Below the pieces are notes generated by a model. The model searched no databases, was not told where the DNA came from, and worked only from the letters and a program-made list of their open reading frames with translations. A program made the position numbers and the translations under genes. A DNA stretch of 64,000 bases. It comes from the human T2T-CHM13v2.0 reference genome, Homo sapiens. The stretch lies in assembly GCF_009914755.1 (NCBI RefSeq), contig NC_060938.1. One strand, 5' to 3'. Shown one piece after another: positions 13,501 to 29,389 of this stretch (within the stretch, counting starts at the first letter, position 1; every line of letters starts with the position of its first letter).

Positions 13501-13746
13501 GATTCATAGCAGAAGGAAAAGTGGGAGCAGTCACATCACACGGCCAGAGCAGGAGCAAGGGTGGGAAGAGGTGCCACACATTTTCAAACAACCAGATCTT
13601 GCAAGAACTCACTATTGCAAGGACAGCACCAAGCCATGAAGGATCCACTTCCATGATCCAATCATCTCCCACCCGGCCCTACCTCCAACACTGGGGATTA
13701 CATTTCAACATGAGATTTAGATGGGATACATACCCAAACGCTATCA
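10582..13746 (-). mobile_element. Complete MST (MSTA/MSTB, ERVL-MaLR) element: LTR 10582-10986, internal region, LTR 13348-13746
   Basis: Two homologous LTRs (TATTAGGCTGTTCT...AAACTATATCA / AAACGCTATCA) flank MST-int; perfect 5-bp TSD TTTAC at 10577-10581 and 13747-13751. Confidence 0.93.
12232..12980 (-). mobile_element. MER4-family (MER4E-like, ERV1) solo LTR nested in MST-int
   Basis: TGTTGACAAAAAGAGTCGAACTCTGTAAAATATTTGAAGAG...GGGCAAGATAAAAAATCAGAGTTTGGTCCTTA; 4-bp TSD CTTC/CTTT; MST-int sequence resumes colinearly after it. Confidence 0.85.
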
Positions 13747-14052
13747 TTTACTAAACCAAAATAATGAAAAATTCTAGTGTGTAAGCAAATGAAAAAAAAA
13801 AAGCATATACATATCACCAGAAATAGCCAGATTGAAGAATGGGCAGAGGAGCTCTAAGAGATAAGATGGAACCCTCCATTCCCACTCTCCTAGAACAGCC
13901 TTCAAAACTGCATCAAGGTCCTCCAGCTTTCTCAGGCATTTTGGCTTGTCTTTGATTAGTATTAGAATAAAGCGCAGCTGATGGTGCCAATGAAATTTTG
14001 TTGCCTTGCTCTGGGCATGAGCCTCATTTTATACAATGTACAAATACATAAA

Positions 14053-14059
14053 TTTCTTT

Positions 14060-14119
<60 letters not shown>

Positions 14120-14126
14120 TTCTTTC
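14053..14126. repeat. (TTTC)n tetranucleotide microsatellite derived from the Alu tail
   Basis: About 17 TTTC units seen directly. Confidence 0.95.
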
Positions 14127-14427
14127 ATTTTCTTCTTTTGAGACAGTCTCACTCTGTCATCCATGCTGGACTGCAGTGGTGTGATCTCAGCTCACTGCAA
14201 CCTCCACCTTCTGGGTTCAAGCAATTCTCATGCCTTAGCCACCCCACCCTCCAAGTAGCTGGGCATACAGGTGTGCACCACCATGCCTGGCTAATTTTTG
14301 TATTTTTAGTAGAGATGGGGTTTCACCATGTTGGCCGGGTTGGTCTCAAACTCCTGACCTCAGGTGATCTGCCTGCCTCGGCCTCCCAAAGTGCTGGGAT
14401 TACAGGCGTGAGCCACCACGCGCAGCC
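14057..14427 (-). mobile_element. AluSx/Sz-type with a tail expanded into (TTTC)n
   Basis: Full dimer; perfect 16-bp TSD CAAATACATAAATTTC at 14041-14056 and 14428-14443. Confidence 0.95.
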
Positions 14428-15229
14428 CAAATACATAAATTTCATACTTAGAGGAAGCTTTGCAGAAGAATTCACAATAGTTTTCCTATAAATCATCAGC
14501 TCTCCGAATAATTCAAGTTATATTCAGGTTACAGATTTTACACATGAATTTTGGCTATTTTACTGCTGTGTACGATCAAGTTTTTTTGAAATTATTTGTG
14601 AATGGGTGTTAATTTTCATGGTTTATATATACTATTATGGAGAGATAACTTCAGAATAATTACTTTCATTTTAGATTACACATGAATCCAGTGGTACATC
14701 AAATCAATTAGTATATGCTAATAAATGGCTTACCATTAAATCCTATATTGTTGAAATCACACATTAAATGAGTTTTTTTCTAAATCAGATCACTAGAAAA
14801 TGTAATTGACCCATCCAGATATGCAACAAACTCCTACTAATTGAAAACCATAATTCATTTTAATATTAGCAATATTTCTATCATAAAATATATCATTAAT
14901 TCAAAAATAATTTAAATTTAAATTTTCTTTTTTAATCAAAGTAAATGGCTCAGCAAACTCAGTTTCTGAGTTTATTATTAATTTTGTATGTTAAAGGAAT
15001 TATATACTTATATACATTATAATATGATGTAGCCTTGTTATAAATTCTAATTTTGCTTGTAAGTTATACATTTTTTTATCTCTGCCATAGGCAGTCATAT
15101 GAATTGATGAGTATTTGAAATTCATATAATTTTAAGAATTCTATAATTCAAATTTTTGACTTAGACTAGTCTGCCCCTTATTACAGTTTAATGAGGTTTT
15201 ATTACATATTTCCTAATCAATCAATTACT

Positions 15230-15558
15230 ATATGAAGAAAATTTTATGTAGACACAAAAAACATAAATATGCCCTCAAAGAGGATGAAGCCAAAAATAGG
15301 AAAAAAAAAAAAAAAAGACATAAAGGTGGTCCCAGAAGGGAACTGATAAAAGTGTGTTATTTTTTTCTGAATTTTGTGACATTTGTGGAATGTCAACTTT
15401 TTAAAATTTTTAAGTTGTGGTGATTTCTTTTTCATTCTAAGTATATATTTATAACAAATTTTATAACTGTAATTTTGTATTATTTCTATAAAGAAATCGC
15501 TTCCCTTACCCTCCAATTGTGTAAGCTTCAGGCCCTATACAACCTAGATTCATTCCTG
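15230..15558 (+). mobile_element. Arthur1/MER69-family (hAT-Tip100) 3' end
   Basis: Ends in AATTGTGTAAGCTTCAGGCCCTATACAACCTAGATTCATTCCTG, similar to the recalled Arthur1 terminus. Confidence 0.55.
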
Positions 15559-15959
15559 CCTATGATCATATATTTTATTCACTATGTTATTGAAAGAGCC
15601 TGAGGCACACTCCTGGAGACTCTCACCAGGTTGACACCAAGTTGAGTTGTTCAACCAGCTAAAAAGTAACTGTACTTGCACTCTAAGTGCACATATCTTG
15701 CATACCTTCACGGGTGCCGCTTGTATATTATGAGAGATATAATGGTCTAATATCATTTGGTAATATGATTACGTGTTTTATTGTTACCTTAATGAACAAA
15801 GTTGGCATGTGTATAGAAAATAAAAGTGATCAATTTCAGCATTCTTTGCAGTAATTATTCCATTCTTTTAACACTAACAAACCACACACTTATTTACCTA
15901 TTACAGAATGTTGTAAAGGCATGATGTCTGGAGCATTTATCAGTATTTAAGATCTGTAA

Positions 15960-16570
15960 TCTATTTATTTAGAAAAAGAAAACATATAGCAAATTGCAAA
16001 TCTAAAAAGCTGACACAAACACTGTAATAGCTATGAAAATAACAACAATTTGTAATTTTTGTACATATCTTTGTAATACCTTTTTTTCCTTTGTTTTTTT
16101 GGATGCTTACTCTTTGATGGTCTCTTTATATGAGAATAGTTTTGAAATGTCAGAGAGAATGTAAAGATAATTGTCCTATCTCTAGAATGGTTAGTTAAAA
16201 TTTGTTTTGGTAATGCCATGTGACTTTTTAGAATAGTTGTCAAATTTGGAAAAATTTCTATGAGTTTCTTTCATACGAAAGCTGTAAGATTTGAAAGAAT
16301 TAATTTTTGGCTTTATATATTTCACATCTTGTTTTTCCTTCAGTCCCACATACTTGTGTGCTGGATGCTTTAGGACACATGTGATCGAGGGGAAGATGAA
16401 GCAGAAGATCAAGAACTGATTATAGTTAAAATATCTTACTTATGCTAATTCTACAAAAACTTACAACCATGTAGACACATTGTTAGAGCCCCTCCCAGGG
16501 TCTTAGAAGGTGTCAGTGTAAGTGAGGGGTCCTGAAAGCTTAACTTTTATTCTCTTTATTGTAAAATCCA
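15960..16570 (-). mobile_element. Arthur1/MER69-family relic, opposite orientation
   Basis: The reverse complement of 16420-16550 matches the recalled Arthur1 5' end (AAGCTTTCAGGACCCCTCACTTACAC...GGGAGGGGCTCTAACAATGTG); 15960-16110 matches its subterminal 3' region. Confidence 0.55.
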
Positions 16571-16624
16571 CATTTAACAATATAATTAAAATACAAAATT
16601 ATCTCAAACTTCAGACTGAAATAG

Positions 16625-16953
16625 ACAGATGAAATTTAACTTAATAAAAGTAAAATAAAGCAAGGTCAAAATATGAATTTCACAAGCACGTTAAAGGTCA
16701 CATGATGAATTAGGATTTTAGATGACCTCCATTTTATCATGAACCAACTGTATGATGCAAACATAGAAATGGCTAGCACAATAATGGGCCACATTAATAG
16801 AAATAGTTTCCAGATCATGGGACCTAATAATTCCTCAAAAAGCTGTCTTGGTCAGATCACAGCTGCAATAATATGTCCAATTTAGACTCCATAATTTAGG
16901 AGGCATTGTGACCAATTAGATTGTATCCAGAATAAGCCATTTAAACTGGTAAA
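16625..16953 (+). mobile_element. L3/CR1 fragment, left part (split by L1)
   Basis: GGGCCACATTAATAGAAATAG...TTGGTCAGATCACAGCTG...TGTCCAATTT...ATTAGATTGTATCCAG is typical of the CR1 RT 3' region. Confidence 0.65.
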
Positions 16954-20101
<3,148 letters not shown>

Positions 20102-20129
20102 TATAAGCTTAGAGAATAATGGGTGAGGG

Positions 20130-20400
20130 AACTGGTAAAGACAGTTGGAATTCATGGCACCAAATGAGTAGTTAATGAACCTGAGAATGTTAGATGAATA
20201 CTTAAGGGAACACGATTCTATCTTCAAATACCTGAATGCTGTTTTACCAAAGAGAATTTTATAGAAAAGTTGTTCTAAATTGCCACCAGTGGGCAGGGAT
20301 AATATCAATTAGTATTTTATTTCAATCTGACAAGTAGTTTTCTGATATTACGGTTGCTTGCAATGGACCTGGCCATCCCTGGAATATTTGAGGGAGTTGA
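20130..20400 (+). mobile_element. L3/CR1 fragment, right part
   Basis: GAACCTGAGAATGTTAG...TATCTTCAAATACCTGAATGCTG continues the CR1 sequence that stops at 16953. Confidence 0.6.
20283..20296 (+). promoter_or_regulatory. CTCF-like motif
   Basis: CCACCAGTGGGCAG matches 13/14 positions of CCASYAGRKGGCRS; motif evidence only. Confidence 0.25.
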
Positions 20401-20809
20401 AGTATTAAACATTGTGACCAGATATTGGTATCACAAAGAAGGGCTTTGTGTGAAAGCAACAATATTTATTTAACACTTACTCCTAGCCAGTTACTGTTAT
20501 AAATACTTGCAAAGGGTAAAGAGCAGAAAGAGATGGCCCTCTTGGCTTCTCTTTCTAATATTTGGTAGTTCTGAGGAAGTGATTTTAAAAATCATTGCTT
20601 TGGCCAACACATTAAGAAACAGCCATTTTTTTTTCTGCTGGTAATTTCATTGTCATGCTTATTATATGAGCATTTCTGATTGAAATGACCCACCTTAGTA
20701 TTTTAAAAATGTTATAAATTCAAGGTCTATGTTTACAGATGAGAGAGTTAGAGTTCCTGTTACTTTTTACATCATCAATCCTAGTTTATTTTTGTGTAAT
20801 GGATGACGG

Positions 20810-21030
20810 TAAGAGTGTAGACCGAAGCTGGACTCCCTGGTTCTCAACTCCATCACTTAAGCTGTATGTCTTTCTGTGCTTCGCTTTTTAAAACTGTACA
20901 ATGGGAATACAGTAATAATAGGACTACTCCATATGACTGTTTTGAAGATTGAGTGACTTATTCTATGTAAATCACTTGGAATGTTGTTGGGCATTAAAAT
21001 GGTGTTGTTTCCAATGGCTGTCAATATGTC
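20810..21030 (+). mobile_element. MIR
   Basis: MIR core CTGTGCTTCGCTTTTTAAAACTGTACAATGGGAATA...GAAGATTGAGTGA. Confidence 0.7.
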
Positions 21031-21047
21031 ACTTGTTTTTATTTTTC

Positions 21048-21180
21048 CATTTATTCATTCATTCAACACATATTTGTATTGAGTGCCTAACGTGGACCAA
21101 CACTGTGCTAAGGGCTGAGGATTTATTTGTGAACATTGAAGGTGTGGTCGCTAACTTCACGAAGTTTATAATCCAGTGGG
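21048..21180 (-). mobile_element. L2 3' end
   Basis: CATTTATTCATTCATTCAACACATATTTGTATTGAGTGCCTAAC...CACTGTGCTAAG. Confidence 0.8.
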
Positions 21181-21341
21181 TTTTTATGCAGCCAATGTCA
21201 AAACTAGGGAAAAATAATTGTTAGTATCTCAGTTAGCAACTTATGGCCCAATAATGCTTATTAAGGATAATGACTAGCACTCCTAAAACTTTAGTTCTAC
21301 TAAAAACTTAAACCTCTGTGGTCCCTAATTTTACTAAGGTT

Positions 21342-21343
<2 letters not shown>

Positions 21344-21396
<53 letters not shown>

Positions 21397-21397
21397 T
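21344..21397. repeat. (GT)23 microsatellite, Z-DNA prone
   Basis: Seen directly. Confidence 0.97.
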
Positions 21398-22499
21398 CTT
21401 TCTTTAAGAAAGGTTTCAACCATGGAACTGATTAAAAGACAGTAGAAATGAAGCATGACTACCCAATCTCTATGATGAAAATGATGATGATTTTACTGGT
21501 AGATGAAAATTGGCCAGAAACGTGAGGACAGAGAGAAATGGAATCTGTAACTTTCTCCCTGTTGATGAAGTTCTACCAGAGGATACTACTAATTGTAAAC
21601 AATCCAAGTGAACCACTGTGATCTATCAACAGTGAAAGATATGTGAGTAATAATAAGAACATTGGGTTTTATAGCTCCTTGGTTAACCAAAGTCTTTAGT
21701 GAGCTCTCCAAGGGCAATCTCCCTTTTGGTAGAGACTGAATCCTTTTCCTAACTTTAAACACCACTGAGTCTTTAAATTATTATTGGCAAGTTAAGGGAT
21801 TTTGAGGTCTTCTCAAAAAATGTTACATGCTGTTAATTGATCTGTCCTCTGTTAACACTTTAGATAGAATAAATAGACTTATGTTCTTGGGATTTGAGAT
21901 TGGAATTTTTTTTGACTTGTGTAAATGTTAAAGCAGTTACTCAGATCTTAGAGCCATTTCCTTTGTATTCTGAGTTCCAATTGGAAGCTTAGCTTCTAAC
22001 ATGCCTTGGCAAGTCTTTCTTCTCTACAATTAACACGTTCAGTTTAACACCAGTTAATCAAATGTCATATTACTTTTTATGCTATTAAGTTTGTTTTCCT
22101 ACGTGCTATTTGTGTTTAACATTAAATTTGAATTAAAGTGTTATTTCTGAAAGAATTTTTTCCTCTTCTTTCCCCATTTCTTAAGCGAGACCATGATTTT
22201 GTGGCAAAACTACTATAACAAACCTGTGATTTTCATTAAAAATTTTAGTGACATTCTTTTCTAATTATAAGTACAGAGTGGGCGAGTCCAAGAATTTGTG
22301 TACCAATTAAAAAATGTCAGCTACACCCTTGTTTTTATCTGTTTGCTCAAGCAAGTTGGATTCTTTGAGATCTTGAAAGAAACACATTTTCTTTTCATTA
22401 GTAACAGTGCATCAGATTGTTAAGTGCAATCAAGCAAGCGTGCCTAATCCAGACCCCAATTCCGGAGCACAAATGAACATATGAAGGATTTTTCATTAA

Positions 22500-23240
22500 A
22501 AGAATTACCGTAGTAAAATATACATAATGTAAAATTCACCGTCTTAATCATTTTAAGATGTACAGTTCAGTGGCATTAAGTACATTCACACTGTTGTGCA
22601 ACCATCACCACCATCCACCTCCAGAACTTTTTCATCTTCTTGAACTGAAACTTTGTACCCCTTAAACAATAGCTCCTCATTCCCCCATCTCCCTACAGCC
22701 CCTGACAACCAGTATTCTACTTTCTGTCTCCATAAATATAACTCCTCTAGGTACTTCGTGTAAGTGGAATCATATAGTATTTGTCCTTTGGTGTCTGGCT
22801 TATTTCACTTAGCTTAGTGCCTTTAAAGGTAATCCAGTAACATAAGTCAGAATTTCTTTCCTTTTTATAATAACATTATTTTTATAATAATATTCTGTTG
22901 TATGTATATACCACCTTTTATTTATTCATCTGTCAATGGACACTTGGCTTGCTTCCACCTTTTGGCTATTGTGAATAATGCTGTTATAAACATGGGTGTA
23001 CAAATATCTGTTCCAGTCCCTGCTTTCAGTTCTTTTGGGTATTCATCCAGAGGAGAATTGCGGGATCATATGGTAATTCTATTTTTAATTTTTGAGGCAC
23101 CACCATACCGTTTTCTGTAGTGACTACACCATTTTTTAACATTCTGAATAGCGGTGCAGAAGGGTTTCCATTTCCTCACATCCTCACAGACACTTGTTAT
23201 TTTCCGTTTGTTTTTTTCTCATGATAGACCTCCTAATGAG
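22500..23240 (-). mobile_element. L1MB (L1MB3-like) 3' end
   Basis: TACAGTTCAGTGGCATTAAGTACATTCACACTGTTGTGCAACCATCACCACCATCC and TGGACACTTGGCTTGCTTCCACCTTTTGGCTATTGTGAATAATGCTG. Confidence 0.88.
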
Positions 23241-25419
23241 AGTTTACTAAGGCTTTTTTCTAAATTACTAGTATGTTATTGTAACTTCTTATATGCAGAT
23301 ACAAAAGATATAAAATTAAATGTTTTCATTGGATATATGCAAAAACATAGAATTTCTTAATTATGTTCCTGTTTAAATAATACATCTCCAGTATAATAGA
23401 ATAGTAGACACAATGAATAAAAATATCTAACAAGTGGAGGAAAAGACTAAGAAAAGAGGAACAGTGGAAGACCTCCAAATTGATCTAGAAAACTCTTCCC
23501 AAGTGATACTTGACATGTACCAATTAATGGTTGGGGTGTTTGGGTGCTTTTGAAAACATCTAAAACATGTTATGATGATGAAACTTTATAATTTATATTA
23601 ATAAAAAGGTGACAACATGCTTAACAACACTCTTTTTTAAACATCCAAATGTACACAGCAATGTCTGTTTTTTATGTGCTCTAGTTAAAACTCCACAGCC
23701 TTGGTTTTACAAACACATTCAGTATATGACAACACATTCCTATGTTTATGCTCCTTTTTCCCTCAGGCTTTTCACTGTTTTCAAGGTTCATTACCCTGAC
23801 CTGAACTCCCCAGTTTTGCCCTGGTAGAAAGTGGATTACTTCATTAGCGATCCAGAAGTGCCAGGTGAAAATCTATCTAACATCTACCTCTCTGGAACAA
23901 ATATGCCCAGTTACTGGTAATATAACATGTGGTATCGTTTTTCCCTTATTTGGAACATACAGAACTAAATTAATAACAGTTCTTACAAGACCCTGGGGGT
24001 TTGTGTAAAAGAATTTTGATCTCCTTAGGAAGGGCGCGTCAGTGCTCTCAGGAGAGATGCACTTGACTTTTGACCTCTTTTCAAAGGCACCTGTGTGAGC
24101 TTTTAAAATCCACTACCACCAATTATCCACTTTCAACCTGAAGTGTTTAAACCTAGGACCACATTAACTGAGCTTAGCACATAGCCATGTCATTGTAGAC
24201 TTCCTGATGTGAGGAGATGTCTTGACATAGTTAAAAGGGAGTTTAGGGATGGGGCATGAGATTAATCAGGTCCTCCTACTGACAGCTTCAAACAAAGAAG
24301 CCTTTTAGCCACCTGGTTTGTGTCTCTCACACCTGCATTCAGATTGCTGGGACAAAGCTTTGTACCACTGCCTTGATCCCATCCTTTCCAGGTACTTGTT
24401 TGTAGCTGCGCTACATCACTTAATGACTCTTTAGAAAAGGCAGCATAGGAGATGCAAATCAACAGCTTCCTCTTTCAGGGAAGGCAGTGCTGCTAGAATT
24501 GCAGCCATTTAGAAAATCAGTTCATAATGGACTTATGAAGTCCTGTGTGTACTTTCTTCAAGACTTTTGGAAAGAAGGCTCCAGCTCACAGTATACATAT
24601 ATACATAATTCTTTCTTCTGCTATCATTTTCTTGGAAATTTAAACCAGGGTGAATATACATTTCTCTCTTCTTGCTTCATATTGTTGTTAGTTGGTTTCT
24701 TTGGCAGTAAATGTGGCTTTGATTTTAGTCTCTGAACTTATTAAATTTAACATTTTATTTTTTACTTTTGGCATGGAAGACTCAAGCACTGTAGCACTAA
24801 GTTATTCCAACATTCAGGAGGCCAGAGAAATTTTGTGAAAGTGAGACTCTAGTTATCTAGCACAGCCCTTTAGCCTTCACATGCTACAGAGTTTCAGCAA
24901 CAGCCAGTGACTGCATTGTTCCCTGTAAGCAAGTAATGCAGAAATATTAGAGGCCTAGTTGAATTCATATTCTATGCATGGTTTATATCACTGATGTTGT
25001 AAGATCTGGCCATGGACTAAAAAAAAAAAAATCCAAATGTTTTCTGGTTCTAGTTTTTGATTTTTTTTTCATATGAAAAGTAATACCATACAGAATTTCT
25101 TGATTGCACAATGAAGCACAGTTCCAGGGCCATGCTAATAATTTATCCCAGTTTAGCCTTAGCAGAATTATCCAATGGCTGTTTCAAATATATTCATCCA
25201 AGCCATTTGATTGTAAGGTTCAAGAGTCGTTCTGCTGAATAAAGAATGGAGTATGTGCTCTAATATGTGTTTGGCAGGTAAGGCAATCTGTTACTCTCCT
25301 ATGGAGAACTGAATCTTTTTAAATTTCTGCTCCCAGTTGTTTTAATGACTCTGTTTCCCCAGTAGCTATCTGGTGCTATGTCAATGGTAACTGTGGAATT
25401 TATCATAACAATGACAACA

Positions 25420-25670
25420 GCAATAGCTACAATAACAACAAAGAATATGTGCCAGGTACTATACAAAGAGTTTTATGTATTTTAGCTCATGTACTTCTCC
25501 AAGCAATGAGAAAAAATTTTCTTCTAAAATACTATACCCAGTTTAATAATAAGGGAGCAGCTCATAGGAGAAAGTAATTTGCCCAGAGTCATATGCTTCT
25601 TAAGTGGGAGATCCAGAATTTGAACCCTGGCACTTTGATTCTCTAACCCATGATCTTAATAAAAGTACTA
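25420..25670 (-). mobile_element. MIR
   Basis: ATGTGCCAGGTACT...AAGTAATTTGCCCAGAGTCATA...GAATTTGAACCCTGG. Confidence 0.7.
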
Positions 25671-27271
25671 TAAATAGAGTCCAACATGTGTGACAATTTT
25701 TGACAATGAGAGCAAACCTACTGACATTTTACATTTAAGAAATTTTCACACCAGAAGTTAAGTACTTGGGTTGGTCAAGGGACAAAACAACAGCAACAAC
25801 AACAACAAACCGGAACCAAAGGGAAACTGCTAGAGATGTGTGTACAAGAGGAGTGAAGTATCATTACCTTCTATTCTTGATTTTAAGGAAATTATATGAA
25901 GTGAGAAAAAAAGGGATGTGGTATCCTCCTCCCACCCTACATATACTCTTGATAATGAAAAGTTTCTTTCTAATACAGTGTACTTGAATTAATGCAAGTG
26001 AAATGTTTATTTCCCTTCTATTAATTTTGGAAACATTGTTTTTTTGGTAACTTTTTATGGGAGCATAGGTGAGATTATCACAAAGGTTGCCAGAGTGATG
26101 TTTGCAGATTGATGGTCTTTGTTTATAACGTAGTTTTAACTTGGTGATCTATCTTGTCTTTGCAAATAGTGTCTCGTATGTAGCAATTGTGAGATGTCTT
26201 GTCTTTGTAGATGAGAATGATTTTAGTAATCGTGAGGAGACTGCCCTGTATGTGGAAGCCTGTTGAGAAAGAAATGGGTTTGGTGCATGCATGTGAATGT
26301 CAATCTGTTTTCAATCTTCAGGGCTGAGCTTGGCTCTTTCTACTTCTGTTTCACAAGGAAAGCAGTGGGAAAGAAACGCAGTAACAAGCAGGTACCTGTG
26401 GCGCTCCCCCAAGCCCTCCCAGTCATTTAGCAGATGTGCCTTGTGACACACTCTTCACGGTGAAGTTTTTGTATAGAAATACATGAGTATCAAATGGCTG
26501 CCATAGAGGTTCCCAAGACGGGGCACACACCAACTCAGAATAAAAAAGAACCAAAATAATGCTCAAGGAAGACGGAGGAGCCGGGAGTCAATCACTATGT
26601 CAGTAAGGTGTGGAGTGAAATTGCCCTCCAATTTGTTTTCCCCACCCCTCCATTGCCTGCCACACCCACCCCCATCAGATTAATACACCACCAGGAAAGA
26701 ATTTTAGAAACCAGAGGTGGAAAGACTGCCCCCTAGGTCAAGTCCTCCATTCCTCTGTCAAACCTGGATCAGCCTCCCAACACTCTGTGCCCTTTCTAGT
26801 TGTTGCTCAACTTGAAGTGTCTCAAGCGTAAATTTTCCTTTCTTACTTTTATCCCATTACTTGTAGTTACAACCCTTTTTGTTAAGCCAACGAATTCCCC
26901 TCTGCCTTTTATAGACAATTATACCGTCTTTAGTCTTTCCTTGAATTTCACTCTTTTATTTTTCCTCTCCTCATATGTCAACCTTCTGGCCATTCAGTAA
27001 TTCCTTTTGACTTGCTCTGAACTCTACACACAGTGCATCTCTCTCACTGTGAGGTCCTCAAAGCCTGAATGGACTCTACTGAGTGTGGTTTCACCCTAGA
27101 CTGGATAAGGAAGCCAGTATTACCTCTCTTTCTTAATATGGGCTACTTTTGCCAGAGCGTTTCAAAAGCACTATGTAAGTTTACTTTGGCTATGAGATTG
27201 CCATGGAGAGAATTCTTATTTAATTATTTATAAACTTTCACCTGTGCCTGGGAATGTACTACCCTCTAAAT

Positions 27272-27762
27272 TAGCCCTGTTCAATAGAAATTAAATGTGA
27301 GTGACACATGTTCTTTTAAGTTTTCTAGTAGCCCCATTAAAAAAGTAAAAAGACACATGTAAAGTAATGTTAATAATATTTAATATATCCAAATTTTCAG
27401 TTCAACATGTAATCAATATTAAACATTATTAATGGTGTAGTTAAATTCTTTTTTTCTATGAAACCTTGAAAATCTGGTGTGTTTTATACTTACAGTACAT
27501 CCCAGTTCAGACACTGTATATTAATCAGAAATACAGTACTTGATCTGTATTTGGATTTCATAAACTTTAATGCTGAAGTAGATTTATAGGCCAAGTTGTT
27601 CAGAACATATTTAAAAGTTGTCCAGTAAATTGGAGTGTTTGTTTTTAAATTTAAATTTTAACTAACTGAAGTGAAATTAAGTTAAAATTCAGTTCCTGAG
27701 TTACACTAGCCACATTTTAAGGGTTCAAAGGTGGCTAGTGGCTACCATTTTGTACAGTGCAA
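27272..27762 (+). mobile_element. MER33/Charlie1-family hAT DNA transposon, both ends present
   Basis: Termini TAGCCCTGTTCAATAGAA ... GTGGCTAGTGGCTACCATTTTGTACAGTGCAA; perfect 8-bp TSD CTCTAAAT at 27264-27271 and 27763-27770. Confidence 0.85.
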
Positions 27763-28793
27763 CTCTAAATCTATAATAATTCTAAGTGCTTCCGTCTCAC
27801 ATATAATTTAGCTTCTATTTCCCCCAAATGAATCTTACCTTTTGGATTCTTGATCATATAAACTTTTCTTGTGTGTGTAGGGGGTTCATTATTTTTATTT
27901 TCCTCTTTGAATTTTGATGAGGCATCCACTTTGTTGAAGGTTTTGTAATATAAGTTCTTAGATGTTAAGATGCTACAGTGGTATGGTTTTTACCATACAT
28001 ACATCATCATGAAAATTCATACATTATCATGAAAAAAATCTTAGAAATCAGAAACAAAAAAGACCTATAAGATGTGTAGGCTTGAAAATAGTTGCTATGT
28101 CATGGCTTTATACTGAAATATAAATGTTCTTTTTTAACTTTTTCATAGAAATGCCAGTGAAGCTTAAAGAATAAGTATATACCCAACACCTATTCCTGAT
28201 AAAACACTTAGCAAACTAGGAATAGAAGGGAACTTCCTAAACCTGATAAAGAGCATCTACAAAAAGCCCACAGTTAACATCATACTTAATGGTGAAAGGT
28301 TGCATGCTTTCACCCCTAATATCAGGAATGTGACAAGGATATCTGCTCTTGTCATTTCTGTTCAATAGTACTGGAAGATCTAGCAAAGATGATTTAAAAA
28401 GGAAATACATAAAAGGCATTTAAATGGAAAAGGGAGAAGTAAGATGATCTTTATTTGCAGAGAACATGTTCTTATGTAAAGAGCATCCTAAGGAATTAAA
28501 AAGAACAACCTAATGAAACTAATAAAATAAACTCAACAAGGCTGCAAGGTACAAGATTACTATTTTAAAATCAATTATATTTCAGTATACTAGCAATAAA
28601 CATTCTGAAAATGATATTAGAAAAAAATTTCATTTATAATGTCAGCAAAAAGAATAAAATACTTAGGTAGAAATTTAATAAAAGAAGTGCAAAACTTGTA
28701 TTCTAATAACTACAAAACATTGTTGAAAGAAATCAAATATCTAAATAAATGGAAAGACATCCTATGTTCATGGATTGAAATATTTAATATTAA

Positions 28794-29389
28794 TGTTGTG
28801 TAAGGACAGTTCAGAAGGGTCACAGCCAACATGTAACAAAAGATGGATTAAAAAGAGAAAAGCATAACTAATTTACTTACTAAACATTTTACATGACACA
28901 GGAGGCTTCAGATATGAAGAGTCAAAGACACAGGGAAAACTACTTTTATGCTTAGGTTTGATAATGAATGGACAGCCATGTAGAAATGTGATTGGACAAA
29001 AGAGTATATCTAATGGCAATAGACTGAGGGGAAACTCAGCAAGACCTGTCTGTTCAAATCCCTCATGGTTGCTCTGTGTAGTATTCCTTACTCCTGGGTA
29101 TGGGACAGGACTCCTGTGAAATGAGGGTCTTCAAGGGAGAAGGGAAAGAATGACCTTTCTAGGTTTTATGGCTTGCTTTGGAGGAGAGTTCTATTTTCTG
29201 TGACTTGCCTTGGGGAAGAGGAATTCTGGTTTCTGTGAGTGGCTTCAGGGAAGAAAGAGGGGCAAGAGACAGAAGGATGGGAGAAGGTCACAGACATTTT
29301 ACTTCTGAGGCTCTTCCAATATTTTTCAGTTCAAAGCACTTGGCATACCAAGGCACATACTTTGGAGTATCATGTTCTGAGCCCTGATA
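28794..29389 (-). mobile_element. ERV1 solo LTR, MER39/MER34 group
   Basis: Minus strand starts TATCAGGGCTCAGAACATGATACTCCAAAGTATGTGCCTTGG...TTTGAACTGAA; L1 sequence is colinear on both sides. Confidence 0.65.

Noticed and set aside
14036-14491. 151-aa ORF (longest in the Alu class; also 7409-7732, 19796-19993, 38823-39056, 41395-41625)
   Set aside because: Translation of antisense Alu plus microsatellite; typical Alu pseudo-peptides.
21503-21642. Plus-strand exon-like segment ending at GTGAGT
   Set aside because: Weak acceptor, non-consensus -1 base at the donor, and stops in all three frames.
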